A stretch of 64,000 bases of DNA from NCBI GenBank assembly GCA_963806185.1, contig CAWDXE010000003.1:224001-288000 (forward strand), given 5' to 3'. Source of the stretch: an uncultured candidate division Zixibacteria bacterium (GTDB lineage: Bacteria; Zixibacteria; MSB-5A5; GN15; FEB-12). The notes beneath the pieces were generated by a model that worked only from the letters and a program-made list of their open reading frames with translations, did not search any database and was not told the origin of the DNA. The translations under genes and the position numbers were made by a program. Of the stretch, positions 59,264 to 64,000 are shown in pieces. Position 1 is the stretch's first letter. Each line of letters opens with the position of its first letter.

Positions 59264-60425
59264 TCAGAATTTGCCCAAGCGTGTTCGGCGAATCGCGATC
59301 GTTCTCGCTCGCCGGCCCCCTTTGTCGCCGCCGTTTCGTCCCAACGATCGGCCGCCCCGGTGATCCCGTTCAGCCGCAGATCGAAATCGTCGGGGTTGGT
59401 GGCGCTGTTGATCGCCTCTTCAAACGAGATCATACCCGGCTTGTGCAGCTTCATGATCGCCTGATCAAATGTCTGCATGCCGTACTGCGACTCCGCCCTG
59501 GGCCATCAGCTCCGGAATATCGGCTGTCTTGTCCGGCTCGATGATGCAGTCACGGACTGCGGCGGAGTTGATCATGACTTCCAGCGCCGGGACTCGACCG
59601 GGCATATCGGAGCGCGTCAACAGGCGCTGGCAGACGATCGCCTTGAGCGTACCGGCCAGCAGCAGACGAATCTGCTGATGCTGGTGCGGCGGGAAGAACG
59701 AAATGATACGGGTGATGGTCTCCACCACGTTCAGCGTGTGCAGCGTGGTCAGCACCAGGTGACCGGTGTCGGCCGCGGTCAGCGCGATCGACATCGTCTC
59801 CAGATCACGGACCTCACCGATGAGGATAACGTCGGGGTCCTGACGAAACGCGTGACGCAGCGCCGAGGCAAAAGTCTCGGTATCGCCGCCGACTTCGCGC
59901 TGGGAGATGATCGATTTCTTGTCGCGGTAGATATACTCGATCGGGTCTTCGACGGTCAGGATATTGCACGACCGGTTGGCGTTCATTTCTTCGATGATCG
60001 CCGCCAGCGTGGTCGATTTACCCGAACCGGTGGTTCCGGTGATGATGATCAGGCCGCGCTGTTCCGAGGCGAGTTTCTTGATGATCGGCGGCAGATTCAA
60101 GTTCTTCGAACGACGGCACCAGCGTGTTGACCGCACGGATGGCGATACCGGTGGTACCGCGCTGGCGGAACAGGTTGATACGGAAACGGCCCAGTTTCGC
60201 CACCGAAAGGGCGAGGTCCATTTCGTTCTTGCGGTAGAATCGCTCGAGCTGCTTTTCGTTGAGGATCTGCTGTACGATCTGATCCATCGTGTCGATGGTG
60301 ATCGGATCGGTAGCGATCTGCTCGAGCATACCGTTGACCCGCAGGTGCGGACGGACGCCGACGCGAATATGCAAGTCGGAGGCCTTGCGGTTGAGCATCT
60401 CAACCAGCATCTGCTTGAGATTCAT
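59264..60425 (-). CDS. PilT/PilU-family type IV pilus retraction ATPase; frameshifted
   Basis: ASDLHI, GRFRINLF.QRG, GTTGSGKST, EDPIE, RQDPDVILIGEVRD, TGHLV..TLH, MQTFDQ across three frames; stop inferred. Confidence 0.88.
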
Positions 60426-60467
60426 GGACGTCCCTTTCGCTTGCGACGAAGTCAGACGAGAGAGGGA

Positions 60468-60958
60468 TCAGCCGTTGGGATCAATCAAGAACAGGACTTG
60501 GCCGAATTCGACTGGTTTGCCGTTCTCAACGAGACATCTTGACGACGCGCCCGCTCACCTCTGATTCGATCTCGTTCATCAGCTTCATCGCTTCGACGAT
60601 GCAGACCACCTGTCCGGCGGTAATGCGCTCGTTGAGCGAGACATACGACGGGGCGTCCGGCGCCGGCGCGGCGTAGAACGTTCCGACCATCGGTGACTTG
60701 ATCTCCACATACCGGCTCGTGTCTTCACCCGAAACCGGGGCGGCAGGGGCATTGGGCGCAACCGGAGCAACAGCGACCGGAGCATGGCGCGTAGGCCGCC
60801 GGGGCCATGACCACAGGCGCGCTCATACCATGCCCATTAGAGTTCATCGGCGATTTCCGCATGATCTTGATTTTTCGACCCCAGCGGGAAACCTCGAGCG
60901 ACTCTATCTCCGATTCTTCGACCAGTCGAATAAGCTTCTTGATATATTTGTCATTCAT
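60468..60958 (-). CDS. accB: Biotin carboxyl carrier protein; frameshifted
   Basis: IKKLIRLVEESEI, IKSPMVGTFY, EAMKLMNE, VENGKPVEFGQ in different frames. Confidence 0.9.
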
Positions 60959-61063
60959 ATTGACGCTCCTTACCTGCCGCAGCACCAACCAACCCTCCTG
61001 CCGGGGCAGGCAATTGCAATCCAGAGAATGCCTTGCAGGGCATTTGAGTATACCCGCCGGGTC

Positions 61064-62137
61064 TTATAGCTCCAACAATTTTTTTTCGGCCCGGTTGAGC
61101 ACCTGGCCGCCCGTCCGGGTCACCACGACATCGTCTTCAATCCGGACCCCACCCCATCCGTCGAGGTAGATTCCGGGTTCGATAGTTACTACATTGTTGA
61201 CCTGCAGCGTGTCCTTGGAAAGCGACGAAACCCTCGGTCCCACATGGACATAGTAGCCAATACCGTGACCCGTGCCATGACCAAAATGCTTGCCAAAACC
61301 TGCCTTCGTAATAAGGGTACGGCAGGCGGCATCAACATCCTTCCCCGGCACTCCGGCCTTGACCTTCTTTATACCTGCCAGCTGAGCCCTAAGTACGATA
61401 TCGTAGATTTTCTTCTGTCGGGCGTTGGCCTTCCCTACCACCACCGTCCGGGTAATGTCCGAGACATATCCATTGAAAGTCGCCCCGAAATCAAACGTAA
61501 TAAAGTCCCCGTTTTCGACTTTTTTGGGCGAGGCGACCCCGTGAGGCATCGCCGAACGGTAGCCGGACGCGACAATCGTCTCAAAGGCCGGCTTCTGCGA
61601 ACCGAGCATTAGCATCTGATATTCCAGCTCTGCCGCCAGTTCGCTCTCCCTCACTCCGGGACGCACCAGATTCAAAATCCGTCCAAAAGCTGTGTCAGAG
61701 ATTCCGCAAGCCTTCTTGATATTGGCAAGTTCGACGCTGTCTTTCACCCATCCCATGTCAGCCAGCAGGGTGTCGGCGGAAAGGAGTATGGCGTCGGGAA
61801 GAGTCTTCTGCAGTCGTTCACGCGCAGACACGGTCAGGTAGTCACCCGCAAAGCCAAACTTGAGATTCTTGCCGTGGAGCGGCGCGACGTCCTTCAATCC
61901 ACCCAGTGCTTCGCCGACAGCCTGGCTAATCTTGGCCGCCTTGACCTGCTGTCGCGCCTGATACGTGAAGCGCGAGTCGGTGAGAAAGAAGGCTGCCGTG
62001 CGCGTGATCGCCAGCACGCCGGCGTCGCCGGTGAAACCACAGATGTACCGGATATGGTCGGGGTGCGTGATAATGAGGCCGTCGAGATTTTCCTGCTGCA
62101 TTTTCTTCCGCAGCACGTTCATGCGTAGCTGTGACAT
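61064..62137 (-). CDS. Xaa-Pro peptidase (M24)
   Basis: DFGA...YVSDITRT, HGTGHGIG, TIEPGIY, GVRIEDD. Confidence 0.93.
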   Translation of the reverse strand: MSQLRMNVLRKKMQQENLDGLIITHPDHIRYICGFTGDAGVLAITRTAAFFLTDSRFTYQARQQVKAAKISQAVGEALGGLKDVAPLHGKNLKFGFAGDYLTVSARERLQKTLPDAILLSADTLLADMGWVKDSVELANIKKACGISDTAFGRILNLVRPGVRESELAAELEYQMLMLGSQKPAFETIVASGYRSAMPHGVASPKKVENGDFITFDFGATFNGYVSDITRTVVVGKANARQKKIYDIVLRAQLAGIKKVKAGVPGKDVDAACRTLITKAGFGKHFGHGTGHGIGYYVHVGPRVSSLSKDTLQVNNVVTIEPGIYLDGWGGVRIEDDVVVTRTGGQVLNRAEKKLLEL

Positions 62138-62140
62138 ACT

Positions 62141-62788
62141 CTAGTTGTCCTTCTCTTTCAATTTCGCCTCGGCGGCGGCCAGTTTTTCGGCCAGGCGCGG
62201 GTTAGTCGATGTGGTGTGGAGACGGCGGTATACCTCAACCGCGTGGCGCGTGTGTCCCTGCGCCAGATAGAGGTCGGCCATCGTCTCGGTAAAAAACGGA
62301 ATGTCGGTGTCGGCCAGACCTCGCACCGATATCGTCGTTGTCTTCGGTGATACCGGCTCTTCCGCTCGGGTCAACACGATTGTACGCGTTTTTGATTCGC
62401 GGGGTTGCAGGTTGCAGTGAAGTCCGGCAGAATGCGGATCGATTTCGAAAATGCGCTCGTAGTTGGCGAGGGCCTGCCACTGGTCCCCCTGGGCGAACTG
62501 GATGTCAGCGAGCATCTTGATGGCGACCAGATTCTCCGGGTCGCGCGCGAGAATTTCGTAACACTGATCGGCGGCGAGTTCGAGCTGCCCGGCCCGGTGC
62601 AAGGCTTGCGCATATATAATGTGGGCCGAGAGAGGGGCGGACGGTTCGTTCAGGTGCTCTTTGCACATTTCGACGACTGCCGAGATAGACCCGTCGCGCA
62701 GAAGGCGGGCCGCCTCGGCCGGCCAGTAGTTTGAGAGCGACGGCTCGTCGAAAGGTTGTTCGCGTTCTATATCCAAGTCGATGGGCAT
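62141..62788 (-). CDS. TPR protein
   Basis: TPR-like helices; FTETMADLYLAQG C-terminal motif; start uncertain. Confidence 0.8.
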   Translation of the reverse strand: MPIDLDIEREQPFDEPSLSNYWPAEAARLLRDGSISAVVEMCKEHLNEPSAPLSAHIIYAQALHRAGQLELAADQCYEILARDPENLVAIKMLADIQFAQGDQWQALANYERIFEIDPHSAGLHCNLQPRESKTRTIVLTRAEEPVSPKTTTISVRGLADTDIPFFTETMADLYLAQGHTRHAVEVYRRLHTTSTNPRLAEKLAAAEAKLKEKDN

Positions 62789-62846
62789 TGGGGTAAAGAA
62801 ATGGTAAGAGCGGAGAGAAAGCAAGATGGGGGGATCGAATCGACTC

Positions 62847-63004
62847 GTACCCCATCCAACGGATGGGTTCGATTTCTCTGGCTTTCACCTTACGATGCTC
62901 GACGGACAAATATCCACGCGATTCTGGTCGTCGGTGATTCCACTACAGAGGACTATACAATGGGAAAACCAGAGAAAGAAAAACCCACCTGATAGGTGGG
63001 CTAC
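62847..63004. repeat. Inverted pair of REP-like palindromes (REPIN/MITE-like)
   Basis: Left arm GTACCCCATCCAACGGATGGGTTCGATTTCTCTGGCTTTC; right arm reverse-complemented GTAGCCCACCTATCAGGTGGGTTTTTCTTTCTCTGGTTTTC. Confidence 0.6.
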
Positions 63005-63297
63005 AGGACTGGCTGGAGACGTATGCTTTGTCGGGGTATGCCTTTCAAACGGAAGCCGACGGGACGTTTGAGTCGTACGGCGGACCGACGCTGATTTTGT
63101 GTGGCCGGCAGGACAATATTGTCGGGTACGAGGATCAGTGGAGATTGATGGCGACGTATCCGCGAGCATCGTATGTCGTATTGGATCGGGCTGGGCACAA
63201 TCTGCCGGTGGAGGCACCGGAGGCGTTTCAGACACTGGTGACGGGATGGTTGCGGGGGGATTGGATGGGACACGATGGGAATAGGAGCAATCAATGA
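63004..63297 (+). pseudogene. C-terminal fragment of an alpha/beta hydrolase
   Basis: PTLILCGRQDNIVGY...VLDRAGHNL holds the catalytic Asp/His; no nucleophile-elbow N-terminal half upstream. Confidence 0.7.
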
Positions 63298-64000
63298 GTA
63301 GTCAATCGCAACAGGACATCGATTTCTTCTTCGATTTCTTTCAAGCCAGGCTTGAATTCGTGAGGTCGCATTGCATAGATCGTATCGAAGGTGTCATTCT
63401 TCTTTGTTCATATGTGGATTCCTTAGCGGGATACAGATATGGAGGCACTACTGGCCCTGCTCGCTTCAAGAAATTCCTCATCGAGGATACCTTGTATTCG
63501 GAGACTTGGCGCAAGGTGAGCTTGATTCTTCTTCGGCAGTACTTGGAGAAGAAAGAACTCAAGTTATACGCGAAGGCAATAGAAGTGCTAAACCAGCTTG
63601 GTGCTAGGACCTCCAATTTCCGGGATTTGAATTATAACCCTGACATTCCTCTCGAATTGCTCCTGAACGAATTCAGTAAATCACTCTCTCGCAAGGAGAT
63701 CACCTTTTTCCAGAAGGACTTTGAACGATTTCAGTATTCGGCAATACTTTGGAATTGCTATCGAAACTCATCGGTGCACGAAAGCGCAGTAGGGCTGAAG
63801 AAGGCGATGAACTTAACAGATCAAAGCGAACCTTTCTATTCAAATGAACATTCGGGACACGACGGCAGTATCTTAGATCACACTCGGTTCGACATTCCAA
63901 TGCAGTTCTTGGTCCGTTCCATCGAAAGTGGTCTGCAGAAACTCAGAGAATTGGCTAATGCGGGGCAATGGCACCCGGAGGTTTCGGTACCGTACGATGA
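63294..64000 (+). CDS. Hypothetical protein with HEPN-like RxxxxH motif, runs off the window end
   Basis: Own translation: AGGAG RBS, MSSQSQQDIDFFFDFF...LLCSYVDSLAG...RFKKFL...LWNCYRNSSVHE; open to position 64000. Confidence 0.7.
   Translation, partial: MSSQSQQDIDFFFDFFQARLEFVRSHCIDRIEGVILLCSYVDSLAGYRYGGTTGPARFKKFLIEDTLYSETWRKVSLILLRQYLEKKELKLYAKAIEVLNQLGARTSNFRDLNYNPDIPLELLLNEFSKSLSRKEITFFQKDFERFQYSAILWNCYRNSSVHESAVGLKKAMNLTDQSEPFYSNEHSGHDGSILDHTRFDIPMQFLVRSIESGLQKLRELANAGQWHPEVSVPYD

Overview
A 64-kb bacterial chromosomal window of mostly housekeeping genes. The Cys-flanked double dockerin-like repeat protein and the TPR-sigma54 regulator suggest candidate phylum Zixibacteria (FCB-related); this is an inference. 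It holds argF, aspS-phoH-HDIG-ybeY-corC, lepB-hemW, lepA, mreC-mreD-mrdA-rodA, accA, a glycosylation cluster, pyrR-pyrB-pyrC with a PyrR RNA site, gcvH/PA/PB, accB/accC and a PilT/PilU ATPase. Two items stand out. (1) A small secreted pre-peptide gene (signal peptide + GEHPWD + poly-Gly) lies directly upstream of, and probably co-transcribed with, a ~980-aa TPR-GAF-AAA+-HTH sigma54 activator: a candidate RRNPP-like peptide-sensing system wired to sigma54. (2) A tandem pair of secreted thioredoxin-TPR paralogs lies inside the gcv cluster. One has CxxC; the other has an in-frame TGA at the first Cys followed by a bacterial SECIS-like hairpin, so it is a probable UxxC selenoprotein that ORF callers split. 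Also seen: three tandem RRM genes (two sharing a 5'-UTR hairpin) beside a fatty-acid desaturase, an ApbE/DUF3570/DUF4266/TlpA flavinylation operon, dRS3/REP-like palindrome clusters and a HEPN-motif ORF at the right edge. Many 1-nt frameshifts in conserved genes (40.2 kb, 48.7 kb, 54-61 kb) look like assembly indels. No rRNA, tRNA, CRISPR array or transposase was recognised. All family assignments come from motif recognition, not database searches.
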